A DNA stretch of 64,000 bases, taken from the NCBI GenBank assembly GCA_965226585.1, contig OZ245366.1:1344001-1408000 (forward strand). The letters run 5' to 3'. The position numbers were made by a program, and so were the translations under genes. The notes under the pieces are model-generated. The model worked only from the letters and a program-made list of their open reading frames with translations, had not been told where the DNA came from and did not search any database. Each line of letters starts with the position of its first letter. The first letter of the stretch is position 1. Positions 37,780 to 47,545 of this stretch are shown here, piece after piece. The stretch comes from Thermodesulfobacteriota bacterium (lineage in GTDB: Bacteria; Desulfobacterota_D; UBA1144; Nemesobacterales; Mycalebacteriaceae).

Positions 37780-38217
37780 ATGAGAGGCGTCAACAAAGTA
37801 ACAATAATAGGAAACGTTGGAAGCGACCCTGAGATGAAGCACACCGCTTCGGGACAGGCGGTCGCCAATTTTTCAGTTGCCACAAACGAATCGTGGACAA
37901 ACAAAGAGGGAGAAAAGCAGGAGAGAACCGAATGGCACAGAATTGTCGCCTGGGGCCGTCTTGCGGAGATATGCGGACAGTATCTGTCAAAAGGAACTCC
38001 CGTCTACCTTGAAGGCTCAATACGCACAAGGTCATGGGAAGACAGAGACGGAAACACAAAATACACAACCGAGGTTCACGCAAAAGATATGCAGTTTCTC
38101 GGTTCCGCGCGTGATTCGGGCGGCGGCGCGGGCGGAGGGGCTGAAAAGTCTTCAGGCGAAAACAGCCCTCCCCTTGATATTCCCGAAAACAACATGGATG
38201 ACGACATCCCGTTTTAG
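37780..38217 (+). CDS. ssb: Single-stranded DNA-binding protein
   Basis: [18 protein letters not shown], Gly-rich tail ending DDDIPF. Confidence 0.97.
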   Translation: MRGVNKVTIIGNVGSDPEMKHTASGQAVANFSVATNESWTNKEGEKQERTEWHRIVAWGRLAEICGQYLSKGTPVYLEGSIRTRSWEDRDGNTKYTTEVHAKDMQFLGSARDSGGGAGGGAEKSSGENSPPLDIPENNMDDDIPF

Positions 38218-38251
38218 CGCGGGTGTTGTTGTTCCTGCCGGACTTTAGAAT

Positions 38252-39637
38252 TTGTCTTTATATGCCGTAATTCTGTGCGCGGGAAAGGGCTCCAGAATGG
38301 GAACGGAGCGTCAGAAGACGCTGTTTCCGGTTCTGGGAACACCTATGGCGGCGCACGTTGCGGCGGCTGTTGCCAAAACAAAACCTTCACTCACAGTCGC
38401 GGTTGTCGGGTTTGACTCGGAACAAACCGCCGGAGAACTTTCGCGCTTCGGGGGACAGATGGAGTTTGCCGTTCAGAAAGAGCTTTCGGGAACGGGAAGC
38501 GCGCTTCGGGCGGCGTTTGAAAAAATCCCGTCATCACGGGGCGACCTGCTCGCGGTGAACGGCGATATGCCCGCCGTTACCGGCTCTCTGATAAAAAAAC
38601 TTGTCTCAACCCACAAAAAAACCGGCGCGGCTCTCTCGTTTGTAACGGCGGTTGTGGAAAACGCGGGCGGATACGGGCGAGTGGAGAGAGGAAGCGGCGG
38701 AGAGGTTGAGAGGATAGTTGAACATTCTGACGCGAACGCGGAGCAGAAAAAAATCCGCGAAGTGAACGCCGGAATATACTGCTTCAAAATCCCCTTTGTA
38801 AAAAAAGCCCTCGCGGAATTGGGAAGAAAAAACTCTGCGGGCGAACACTACATAACAGACCTTGTTGAAGCCGCCCTGAGAGAAGGCAAAAAAGTTTCAA
38901 CCGTCAGGGCGGCGGATTCCTGCGAGGTGGCGGGAGTGAACACGCCTGAGGAACTGGCGCAGGCGGCAAAGATTATGAGGGAGAGAACAAACGCCCGTCT
39001 TATGCGCGGCGGCGTGGTGATTCTCGACCCCGCGACCTGCCACATCTGCCCTGAAACAAAGATAGGAAAGGGAACCGTGGTACATCCGTGCTGTTTTATA
39101 AACCGCAGTGTTATCGGGGCAAACTGCGTAATAGAGCCGTGCTCGCAGATAAAAAACAGCCGCCTTTCGGCGGATTGCCGTGTGGAGTTTTCATCCGTGC
39201 TTGACGGATGTTTTATGAGCCGGGGGGCACAGGCGGGCCCGTTCACAAGGATACGCCCCGAAACGGTTTTGAAGGAGAAAGCGAAAGCGGGTTCATTTGT
39301 TGAGATAAAAAAATCATCAATCGGACGCGGGTCAAAAGTGCCTCATCTTTCGTATGTTGGAGACACCCTTATAGGGGCGGAGGTCAACATAGGGGCGGGA
39401 ACAATCACCTGCAATTATGACGGGGAGAAGAAGCACCGGACGGAGATAGCGGACGGGGTTTTCATCGGAAGCGACACCATGCTTGTTGCTCCCGTGAAGG
39501 TTGGAAAAAGCGCGGCAACGGCGGCGGGTTCGGTGATAACAAAGGATGTGCCGCCCGGCGCTCTCGCCATTGGAAGAAGCAAGCAGAAAAATGCCGGACG
39601 CTGGAAAGGCGGCGGGAAAAAGAGGGGGAAAACCTGA
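38252..39637 (+). CDS. glmU: Bifunctional UDP-GlcNAc pyrophosphorylase / glucosamine-1-phosphate acetyltransferase
   Basis: LCAGKGSRM, GYGRV, EVNAGIY, HLSYVGD and GAGTITCNYDG motifs with hexapeptide repeats; TTG start. Confidence 0.96.
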   Translation: MSLYAVILCAGKGSRMGTERQKTLFPVLGTPMAAHVAAAVAKTKPSLTVAVVGFDSEQTAGELSRFGGQMEFAVQKELSGTGSALRAAFEKIPSSRGDLLAVNGDMPAVTGSLIKKLVSTHKKTGAALSFVTAVVENAGGYGRVERGSGGEVERIVEHSDANAEQKKIREVNAGIYCFKIPFVKKALAELGRKNSAGEHYITDLVEAALREGKKVSTVRAADSCEVAGVNTPEELAQAAKIMRERTNARLMRGGVVILDPATCHICPETKIGKGTVVHPCCFINRSVIGANCVIEPCSQIKNSRLSADCRVEFSSVLDGCFMSRGAQAGPFTRIRPETVLKEKAKAGSFVEIKKSSIGRGSKVPHLSYVGDTLIGAEVNIGAGTITCNYDGEKKHRTEIADGVFIGSDTMLVAPVKVGKSAATAAGSVITKDVPPGALAIGRSKQKNAGRWKGGGKKRGKT

Positions 39638-41472
39638 TGTGCGGAATAGTGGGCTATGTGGGTTTTGCGGACAAGACCTGCGGCGTTGTGTGCGGCGGTC
39701 TGGAGAAACTTGACAGCCGGGGCTACGACTCTGCGGGAATATGTCTAATGAGCGAAAAAGGCGCGTCTGTTTTCAGAAGTCCGGGAAAGCTGGAGCGGCT
39801 CGCGGAAAAAATCGGCTCCGTTCCCCCTTCGGGCACAGTTGGGATAGGGCACACACGCTGGGCAACACAGGGAGACCCGGAGAGTTGTTCAAACGCGCAT
39901 CCGCAAACGGCGGGAGCGGTAAGTGTTGTTCACAACGGGGTTGTTGAGAACTGGAGGGAACTGCGCGCCGAGATTGAAGCGGAGGGAAGGGAGTTTCTTT
40001 CGGGCACCGATACTGAGGTTATCTCCCATCTGGTTGACCGTTTTCATTCCGGGGGAGACAGTTTGCTTGACGCGGTGAGAAAAAGTTTTGAGAAAATAAA
40101 CGGCTGTTCGGCGGTTGCGGTGGTTTCAGAAAAAGAGCCGGACACAATAGTTGTTGCCAAGCGGTTTTCTCCCATAGTGCTTGCGGACACGGGCGATGAG
40201 AAGTTTATCGCGTCTGATGTTCCCGCTCTTGCCGAGTGGTGCAAAGAGGTAACGTTGATGAGAGACGGTGATTTCGCGGTGGTAAAGCCTGAGGGAATCA
40301 CAATAACGGATTCAGAGGGAAACGTTGTGGAGCGTCCGGCGAGGGCGATAGACAAGAGCGGTTATTTTGATTCAGACAAGGGCGGATTTTCGCATTACAT
40401 GATAAAGGAAATATATGACCAGCCGCACGCGGTTGCGGACGCGCTGAGGGGCAGGATAGACGGCGGCGGCGCGGCGGACGCGCTTGGTGGGCTGGACAAG
40501 GATTTTGCCCGTGAGGTGGAGAGGGTTGTGTTTGTGGGTTGCGGCACTTCGCATCATGCGGGGATAGCGGGGCGGTATTTGGTTGAGTCCATGGGCGGGA
40601 TTTTCGCGGACGCGGAGATTGCTTCAGAGTTTTGCTACCGCGAGACGGTTTTCGGGCGTGAGACGCTTGTGGTTGCCGTGTCTCAATCGGGTGAAACGGC
40701 AGACACTTCCCACGCGCTTGCGAAGGCGAAACGGCTTGGGGCGAGAACGGTTGTGGTAACGAACAATCCGTTTGGCAAGATGGTTGACGAGGCGGACGGC
40801 GTTATTCTCACCAGAGCCGGAAGGGAGTTTTCTGTGGCGTCAACAAAAACCTTCACATCTCAGGTGGCGGTTTTCTGCGCCCTCGCGCTGTTTTTCGGAA
40901 GGTCTCGCGGGGGGCTTGGAAGTGAGGCGTTAAAACTGGAAAAGGATTTGCGCGGAGTTGCGGAGTTTCAGGCAAAGTGTCTTGCCCTTGATGATGAGAT
41001 AGCGGAGATAGCGGCGGAGTTTGCGGGGTATTCGCATATGCTGTATTTGGGCAGGGGGCTTGGGTATCCGGTCGCCCTTGAGGGCGCGTTAAAGTTGAAA
41101 GAGGTTTCATACATACACGCAGAAGGCGCGGCGGCGGGCGAGATGAAGCACGGACCCATAGCGATGATTGACGAAAAAGTTCCGGTGGTGTTCATTTTCC
41201 CGTCCCGCGATGAGCCGTCTTTTGAGAAGACGCTTTCAAACATGGCGGAAGTAAAAGCGCGGCGCGGAAGAGTGCTTGCGGTAACATCAAGCGAAGATGT
41301 GCCTCATCTTGACGAAAACGACAGGATAATACGAGTTCCCGAATGCGGATTGATAACAAACCCGCTTGTTTCCGTGATAGCCCTCCAGTTGTTCGCCTAC
41401 CACACAGCCCGCGCTCTTGGAAAAGATGTTGACCAGCCAAGAAATTTGGCGAAAGTTGTAACGGTGGAGTAG
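39637..41472 (+). CDS. glmS: Glutamine--fructose-6-phosphate aminotransferase
   Basis: MCGIVG, RGYDSAG, GHTRWAT, SQSGETADT, EMKHGP; C-terminus DQPRNLAKVVTVE. Confidence 0.97.
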   Translation: MCGIVGYVGFADKTCGVVCGGLEKLDSRGYDSAGICLMSEKGASVFRSPGKLERLAEKIGSVPPSGTVGIGHTRWATQGDPESCSNAHPQTAGAVSVVHNGVVENWRELRAEIEAEGREFLSGTDTEVISHLVDRFHSGGDSLLDAVRKSFEKINGCSAVAVVSEKEPDTIVVAKRFSPIVLADTGDEKFIASDVPALAEWCKEVTLMRDGDFAVVKPEGITITDSEGNVVERPARAIDKSGYFDSDKGGFSHYMIKEIYDQPHAVADALRGRIDGGGAADALGGLDKDFAREVERVVFVGCGTSHHAGIAGRYLVESMGGIFADAEIASEFCYRETVFGRETLVVAVSQSGETADTSHALAKAKRLGARTVVVTNNPFGKMVDEADGVILTRAGREFSVASTKTFTSQVAVFCALALFFGRSRGGLGSEALKLEKDLRGVAEFQAKCLALDDEIAEIAAEFAGYSHMLYLGRGLGYPVALEGALKLKEVSYIHAEGAAAGEMKHGPIAMIDEKVPVVFIFPSRDEPSFEKTLSNMAEVKARRGRVLAVTSSEDVPHLDENDRIIRVPECGLITNPLVSVIALQLFAYHTARALGKDVDQPRNLAKVVTVE

Positions 41473-41503
41473 GTTAATTGACGAAATTATTGGAGGTAGC
41501 GAG

Positions 41504-42228
41504 ATGAGCGAAAGTTGGCAGTGTCCATATTGTTTGAACTATGCAACACTTACAGAGTCTGAAGGAGGACGCTCGGATAAGCGTTTAGAAGATTTTTTGC
41601 TGGCACGTGGAGAACATATGCTTTCTGTGGTGTCTGTACTATGCCCAAATCCAAATTGTACACAATTGACGCTCTCCGCCGAATTGAAGGACAAGTTATA
41701 CGTAGAAAATACTCGTTTGTGGGCAACAATCCAAAAATGGCAACTCCTGCCAGAATCAAATGCCAAGCCTTTTCCCGATTATATCCCAGAGCCCATCCGC
41801 AAAGATTATGCTGAGGCTTGTCGTATTAAGGACTTAAGCCCCAATGCCGCCGCGACTTTGGCACGTCGTTGTTTGCAAGGCATGGTGCGCAATTTTCATA
41901 AGGTCGAAAAATCGTCTCTCCAACAAGAATTTGAAGAGATTAAGAAAAAGGTAACACCACAAGTTTGGCACGCTATTGAGGGAGTGCGCAAAATTGGGGC
42001 GATAGGCGCCCATATGGAAGAAAACGTAAATGTCATGGTGGATGTAGAACCGGAAGAAAAGCAAGTAAACTCATCTGGCTCATCGAATTTTTGTTAGAAA
42101 AATGGTATGTGGATGAGCACGAAACCGAAAAACAACTGGAGCAAATAGGCGGAGTTACTGAGAAAAAAGAACAACAACAAGTAGCCGCGAAAACTGCCAC
42201 GCAGAATAACGGGAACAGCGATGAGTGA
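41504..42228 (+). pseudogene. DUF4145 (HEPN-like) protein with N-terminal zinc-binding motifs, frameshifted
   Basis: WQCPYC…CPNPNC and DYAEAC…SPNAAATLARRCLQGM…RKIGAIGAH. The expected C-terminus (ASKLIWLIEFLLEKWYV…) continues in another frame after GAAGAAAA at 42053-42060, to TGA at 42226-42228. Confidence 0.7.
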
Positions 42229-42296
42229 ATCTCACCTTAAAGAAATAAACATACTCACCCGCATAAGAGTCAGGTTGGAAAAATTTATGGTATGCC

Positions 42297-44105
42297 ATGA
42301 TTAACAAAGTAAGAATACGAAGATTTCGCTCTATTGATGACCTAACTGTTGAGTGCGATAGAATCACAATGATTGTTGGTCCGAATGATGCAGGAAAGTC
42401 TAATGTCGTCCGCGCACTAAACTTATTCTTTAACGGCGAAACTGACAATGGAGAAAAGTTCGAATTTGAGAAAGACTTCAACAAGTTCTCAAATGTCCCC
42501 ATAAAAAAAGCTCCTCAAATTGAAATTGAAATGACATTTGATCTTCCCAAAAGTTTTATAAGCAGGAATAGAAGTCGTGTAACTTGGAAGAAAGCGTGGC
42601 GTCGAGAGGGTGAGATTTCTGTTGCAAACCCGATACGTTTTTCGGATGGCAATCATTTACCACCACGAAGCAAAACACCAAAACATGTGCAAAGACATCT
42701 TCTTGAATATGTTCCCGCCATTAAAGATCAGGGGTTTTTTGCCAACCTGCTCGGCAAAATTTATGACTACCTTTCGCAAAAAGCTTCAAGTGTTATGGTT
42801 GGTGACGACTTACTCAGAAACACAGCTGACTTGGTGGGTGATCTGAATCAACATCTAGACAACAAGTTTGAAATAAGCCTTCCAGATAATTTACGCCCAA
42901 TTTTTGAAAACCTGACAATTAAAAATGAAGATGGAATACCCCTCTCCCGGCGTGGTGACGGCATAAAGATTCGTCATATTCCGGAACTTCTTAAGTTCAT
43001 CACGGAACTTGCTGATAAACAGGTAGGAATACCAAATGCTGTTAAGCCTTCACACATCTGGGTATTTGAAGAACCTGAGAACAACCTAGAAATAAATTCA
43101 GCTTTTAAAATGGTTGAAAGGTTAAATCAAATAATGGTTAAAATTCCCAACCTTCAAATATTCATCACAACCCACTCCCCAATATTTTACGGTATAAATA
43201 GAGATGTGAAGGGACAATCAAACTTAATTCGGCATTTTGTTGACATTAATGGCAATTTTTCTTTCATCAAAAAGATAGATGAAAATCAAATTAACGAAAA
43301 GATGGGTTTGATGAGCTTGGTATCTGATACAGTTAATAAGTATAGAAAAAAACTTAAAGAATCAAGCGAAAGAATTAAGTCAATGGAAGATAATGGCATT
43401 GATTTTTCGAAGCCACACCTTTTCGTTGAAGGGGAAGATGACAAACGAGTCTTTCAAAGAGCATTAGAACTCTACCTCCCGAAATTCAAAAACAAACTGA
43501 ATATTGTGTGTACTGAGAATGGCAGTGCCAATTCGGTTATTAACTACTTGCACGCATGGCAACTCCAACAACAACACAGAAAAACTAACCAAGCAAAAGC
43601 TTATGGGTTGTTGGATAATGATCAAGGGGCAGAGGACGCAATAAAGAATCTACCATCAGAATTGGACAGGAAATTTATAAGGCATAAAAAACTTGATTTT
43701 GTCGGCACTACCTTGGACATGATCAAAGAACAGTACAAAGTCACGAAAGACTTAGAATCGCTTTACTCAGATAACTTTTGGCAAAAAGCTCAAAGTAAGG
43801 AGTGGCTTGAGTTAATCTCCCCCTCCGAGTTGGTAGACAAGAGGCTACCGACTAAAATTGCAGAGGCAATCAAATCCCGCAACGAAGGCGACCCAGAGGT
43901 AAAAAGATGGGAAACACTAAGCAGTGTGCAACGCTTGAGAGTTGAACACAAATTTACTCTCGATGGCAAGAAACGTGCCTCAAAATATCTTTCAACCTGT
44001 GATAAAAAAGAGGCTGAAAAAGCATTGAAAAATGTGGAAAATGAGTTGGAAGGCGCAATCAAATGGCTGTTTAGTGAAAACAACCAAGAAGAACTCCAGA
44101 TATAA
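42297..44105 (+). CDS. OLD-like ABC-ATPase + TOPRIM nuclease
   Basis: IRRFRSI, Walker A GPNDAGKS, Walker B/D-loop WVFEEPENNL, H-loop ITTHSP, then TOPRIM-like LFVEGEDD and LLDND. Confidence 0.8.
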   Translation: MINKVRIRRFRSIDDLTVECDRITMIVGPNDAGKSNVVRALNLFFNGETDNGEKFEFEKDFNKFSNVPIKKAPQIEIEMTFDLPKSFISRNRSRVTWKKAWRREGEISVANPIRFSDGNHLPPRSKTPKHVQRHLLEYVPAIKDQGFFANLLGKIYDYLSQKASSVMVGDDLLRNTADLVGDLNQHLDNKFEISLPDNLRPIFENLTIKNEDGIPLSRRGDGIKIRHIPELLKFITELADKQVGIPNAVKPSHIWVFEEPENNLEINSAFKMVERLNQIMVKIPNLQIFITTHSPIFYGINRDVKGQSNLIRHFVDINGNFSFIKKIDENQINEKMGLMSLVSDTVNKYRKKLKESSERIKSMEDNGIDFSKPHLFVEGEDDKRVFQRALELYLPKFKNKLNIVCTENGSANSVINYLHAWQLQQQHRKTNQAKAYGLLDNDQGAEDAIKNLPSELDRKFIRHKKLDFVGTTLDMIKEQYKVTKDLESLYSDNFWQKAQSKEWLELISPSELVDKRLPTKIAEAIKSRNEGDPEVKRWETLSSVQRLRVEHKFTLDGKKRASKYLSTCDKKEAEKALKNVENELEGAIKWLFSENNQEELQI

Positions 44106-44162
44106 TGATAAGAAGATCGGGCAAAAAACGAAATAGCACTTTGTAGATTGACTTTAAAAATA

Positions 44163-45431
44163 TTAAGTAAGTTGCACTTGGTAACTTGAATCCACACTTT
44201 CATATTCAATACCGGCAAAAGTTTTCAGGATTGCTTTGAGAATGATTTGCACTCCCTTAACAGGCACTGCCATACCAATCTGTCTCCTGATACTTTCCTT
44301 GCTTCCCAAGAAGGTGAAATTATCAGGAAAGGTTTGTAAACGTGCCCGTTCTCGATTAGTTAGAGCGCGAGGCTCATCCCAGTGATACATATGAGTACCA
44401 CCACCCCCGGAACCTGTAACAGTATAAGCAGGTTTGGCTGGATCCAGTCTTTTATAAATCATTGAGAGTTTTGCGCCCTTTACATTCAGTTTGAGGTGGT
44501 CAGGCAAATCTGCAGTCCATGCGTTTTCTCCCGGGCGGATATGTTCAAGTCGCTCCACGACCTGAGACGACTGTCTAGTCGCCTCTTGGTTGTCGCAATT
44601 AGATGGAATGGGAGGCATAGTCAATGCCTCTCTCGAAGAAACCTTCTTAAGATTGGGGGCGGGAACCTTAAATTTCAGACCTAAATCTCGCCTGAATCCG
44701 ACAATAATAATACGATGCCTCGCTTGCGGCACTCCGTACTCTTCAAACTTGTATAGATGTGTAGTTAGGGAATATCCGTGTTCACCCGCACTCTCCAAAT
44801 CTGAGAGAATCTTTCTAAACGCATAACCTTCATTCGCATTGGATAACCCTGATACATTTTCTGCAAGAATGAACTTGGGGTTTGCTTCATTGACATATTT
44901 AACCCCATAACTGTAAAGGGGGCCATACTCTCCCTGTAGTCCTCTACTTTCCCCTACATTACTAAAGTCATTGCAGGGAAACCCGTAAAGAAATCCATCT
45001 ACGGGTGGCAATTTACGAAGGTTTATCTGGCGAACATCCTGACAAATTACCTTTGGTGAGTTTTCCTCTCCAAAAATGTTATGAGCAAAAGTTCTACAAG
45101 TATCAGGGTGATTATCCGTTGCCCACACATGATCAAATGAGAGATGCTTTCCTTTGGTTTGCAATGAAGTTTGACTTGCGGCCAAACCTATGCCGCCCGG
45201 ACCGCAATACATTTCTCCAATTGATAAAGCCTCACCCATAGAATTGCGAGAAGTAGGTTGGTCATTATGAACTGCATATACATCCGAGGAATTATCCGAA
45301 TAGTTTTTCATCAAACTCCGCAAAACCTCAGAAGGTTTGACCTGCTTCTTTTTACATGCTACCTTGAAACCCTCTAATGCCCCTTCGGAAACACGAAATT
45401 GAAATGATTTTGAGTTGCTTGTTTTGTCCAT
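44163..45431 (-). CDS. DNA (cytosine-5) methyltransferase with N-terminal ribbon-helix-helix-like extension
   Basis: Motifs I (YCGPGG), IV (GFPCNDFS), VI (ENV), VIII (QARHR), IX (RERARLQTFPD) and X (QIGMAVP). Start placed at MDKTS (45431). Confidence 0.93.
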   Translation of the reverse strand: MDKTSNSKSFQFRVSEGALEGFKVACKKKQVKPSEVLRSLMKNYSDNSSDVYAVHNDQPTSRNSMGEALSIGEMYCGPGGIGLAASQTSLQTKGKHLSFDHVWATDNHPDTCRTFAHNIFGEENSPKVICQDVRQINLRKLPPVDGFLYGFPCNDFSNVGESRGLQGEYGPLYSYGVKYVNEANPKFILAENVSGLSNANEGYAFRKILSDLESAGEHGYSLTTHLYKFEEYGVPQARHRIIIVGFRRDLGLKFKVPAPNLKKVSSREALTMPPIPSNCDNQEATRQSSQVVERLEHIRPGENAWTADLPDHLKLNVKGAKLSMIYKRLDPAKPAYTVTGSGGGGTHMYHWDEPRALTNRERARLQTFPDNFTFLGSKESIRRQIGMAVPVKGVQIILKAILKTFAGIEYESVDSSYQVQLT

Positions 45432-45473
45432 ACAATGTAGGCAACCACAATTTGTGAGTAAAATCAAGAAATA

Positions 45474-46121
45474 ATGTGGAAACAAACAAAAAATTTAGTT
45501 GGCATGCCTGATGGCAGTTTTCGCAGTCTGCTCGGATATGCCGGTGAGTCTCTTGCCATAGGAAGGGCATTAGTCTGCGGATACAATGTCTTTTTCAAAG
45601 CATGGAGAGATGCCAAATACGATGCGGTGCTTGATTTCAACAAAGTTTTATTTCGAGTAGAAATAAAGCAGACAAGTGGAAGTCAACAACTATCAGTCAC
45701 AGCGGGGGGAAGATCAGGACGACAAATCAGTAGAAGTGCAGAATCCAGAGAACAAGTTCTGTCAACCGAAGATTGTGATTTTGTAATTGGAGTTCATTCA
45801 CTGAAAGGCACTTGCTGGATAATACCCGTAGAGTTCATAGAGATACTTGGCAGGAAAAATTTGAATATGTTTTTGCTTAAACATTTCGAAGAAAAGTGGA
45901 AAATTTTTCAAACAAATGTCTCTATAATCACCCCCGAAATTTTACGAGACGGACTCAGGAATTTGTCGAGTGTGAAGATAGACAAGATATTAAAAGACCT
46001 TGGAATAAAAAACCTGAATGGTACTTCTATTGAAACGAGTTCAAGGACTAAAAAATATCTTTCACCCTCAGATTTTAAGGTTGCAATGATATGGATTACA
46101 ATAGCGAAGAAGTTCGGTTAG
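45474..46121 (+). CDS. PD-(D/E)xK nuclease, putative type II restriction endonuclease
   Basis: G-x-x-GE helix, YD…VEIK catalytic-type motif and DFVIGV; divergent from the methyltransferase across 42 bp. Confidence 0.65.
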   Translation: MWKQTKNLVGMPDGSFRSLLGYAGESLAIGRALVCGYNVFFKAWRDAKYDAVLDFNKVLFRVEIKQTSGSQQLSVTAGGRSGRQISRSAESREQVLSTEDCDFVIGVHSLKGTCWIIPVEFIEILGRKNLNMFLLKHFEEKWKIFQTNVSIITPEILRDGLRNLSSVKIDKILKDLGIKNLNGTSIETSSRTKKYLSPSDFKVAMIWITIAKKFG

Positions 46122-46148
46122 GTTTTATTAACCATATAAGCCACTCCC

Positions 46149-47402
46149 CTACTCCCATAACGCACTAAAAGGCACCAAATAAACATTCGCGCCGTAGTTA
46201 ATAACGCGGGGCGTATTGCAGAGGACAATTCCGCAATGAAAATCCTTTCCTGTGGCGGCTTGCAGTTCTCTTATACCCGCCAAATCCTTGCCGGTGATGT
46301 TCTCCGAATGTTTAACCTCAATCGCCACAAGTTTGCCCTGATTCTCCAATATAAAATCAATCTCCCTGCCGTCATTTGTGCGGTAGAAACTGACAGACAC
46401 CTTCTCGCCTGTGGCAAAATTGCTCTTGCACAACTCGGAAAGCACAAAGTTTTCCAATATATGACCAAAACGCCCGGGGTCATTCTTTGCCAAATCCTCA
46501 GGCGAACTTCCAAGCAAATAACAAAGCAACATCGTGTCGTGAAAAAATATCTTGCCGGATTTCACAAACCGCTTTGCGATGTTCCGGTGCCAAGGGCTTA
46601 AAGTGTTGGTAACAAATGTGCCGTTCAAAATGCCGCGATAACTGCGGGTGGTTACCGTGTTCAATCCAATCTCACGCCCTATACTCGCATCATTGACAAG
46701 ACTTCCCGCGCGAGCCGCGAGGGATTTCAACAGCGCGGGCATAAAATCCGCCTTTTCCAGATTGTAAATGTGGCGCGGGTCTTCAAGCGTAACCTTCTGT
46801 ATGTAGTTCTTAAACCAACTGTCCGTCATGGAATCCGGCATCTTTATCAGTTCAGGATACGTTGCCGCCCGGATAAAATCCGTCAGTCTCGTGTCGCCGA
46901 TATTTATCCCTGAGAAATCCCTTGAAAAACACCTCTCAATAAATCCCGGCTTCGTGTTCTGAACCTCCGCCACACTCAAAGGCAGTAACGTTAGCGTTGC
47001 CATGCGGCCAACCATGGCGTCAGCCAGTTCGGGGATAACACGCAAATTCGCGGAACCCGTCATCAAATAACGCCCGTTTGCGTCCGCTCCGCCGCTCAAC
47101 TCCTTACTCCTCTGCTCATCAATCAGCATCTTTAAGGGTCTGAAAATTTCCGAAGCCATCTGCACCTCATCAATAATCAGCGGCGAGCCGGACTCACGCA
47201 TATAACCCAGAGGATTGCTCTGCGCCGCCGCGCGCTCCAGCGCGTCATCAAAGGTTATGAACTTTGCCTTGAAATCCTTCGCAAGCAGTTCGCGGACAAG
47301 TGTTGTCTTGCCTGCCTGCCTCGGCCCGTTGATATAAACAGCCGGAAAAGACTTGAGAGAGTCCAGAATAAGCGGTTGCAACAGGCGTTTAACTGCCTTC
47401 AT
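46149..47402 (-). CDS. AAA+ ATPase with DUF4143 C-terminal domain
   Basis: GPRQAGKTT, IIDEVQ, LMTGSA, ENFV, FYRTNDGREIDFI and IEVK motifs. Confidence 0.9.
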   Translation of the reverse strand: MKAVKRLLQPLILDSLKSFPAVYINGPRQAGKTTLVRELLAKDFKAKFITFDDALERAAAQSNPLGYMRESGSPLIIDEVQMASEIFRPLKMLIDEQRSKELSGGADANGRYLMTGSANLRVIPELADAMVGRMATLTLLPLSVAEVQNTKPGFIERCFSRDFSGINIGDTRLTDFIRAATYPELIKMPDSMTDSWFKNYIQKVTLEDPRHIYNLEKADFMPALLKSLAARAGSLVNDASIGREIGLNTVTTRSYRGILNGTFVTNTLSPWHRNIAKRFVKSGKIFFHDTMLLCYLLGSSPEDLAKNDPGRFGHILENFVLSELCKSNFATGEKVSVSFYRTNDGREIDFILENQGKLVAIEVKHSENITGKDLAGIRELQAATGKDFHCGIVLCNTPRVINYGANVYLVPFSALWE

Positions 47403-47497
47403 AGTTCACCTCACACGTTCGCAAAAGAGATTATATGACTTCTCAAAATGAAAAGCAACTTTCAATATTTGAAAAGCAAATGACGGATTTGAGAAAT

Positions 47498-47545
47498 TAT
47501 GCGGTGATTAGACCCCTTAATCACCGCAAAATATGCGGTGATTAG
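47498..47545. repeat. Three alternating copies of TGCGGTGATTA (direct-inverted-direct)
   Basis: TATGCGGTGATTAG at 47498-47511, TAATCACCGCA at 47518-47528, TATGCGGTGATTAG at 47532-47545. Confidence 0.85.

Noticed and set aside
41473..41503. Intact Tn7 end after glmS
   Set aside because: No TGT-initiated end, repeated TnsB-like sites, target duplication or tns genes were seen.
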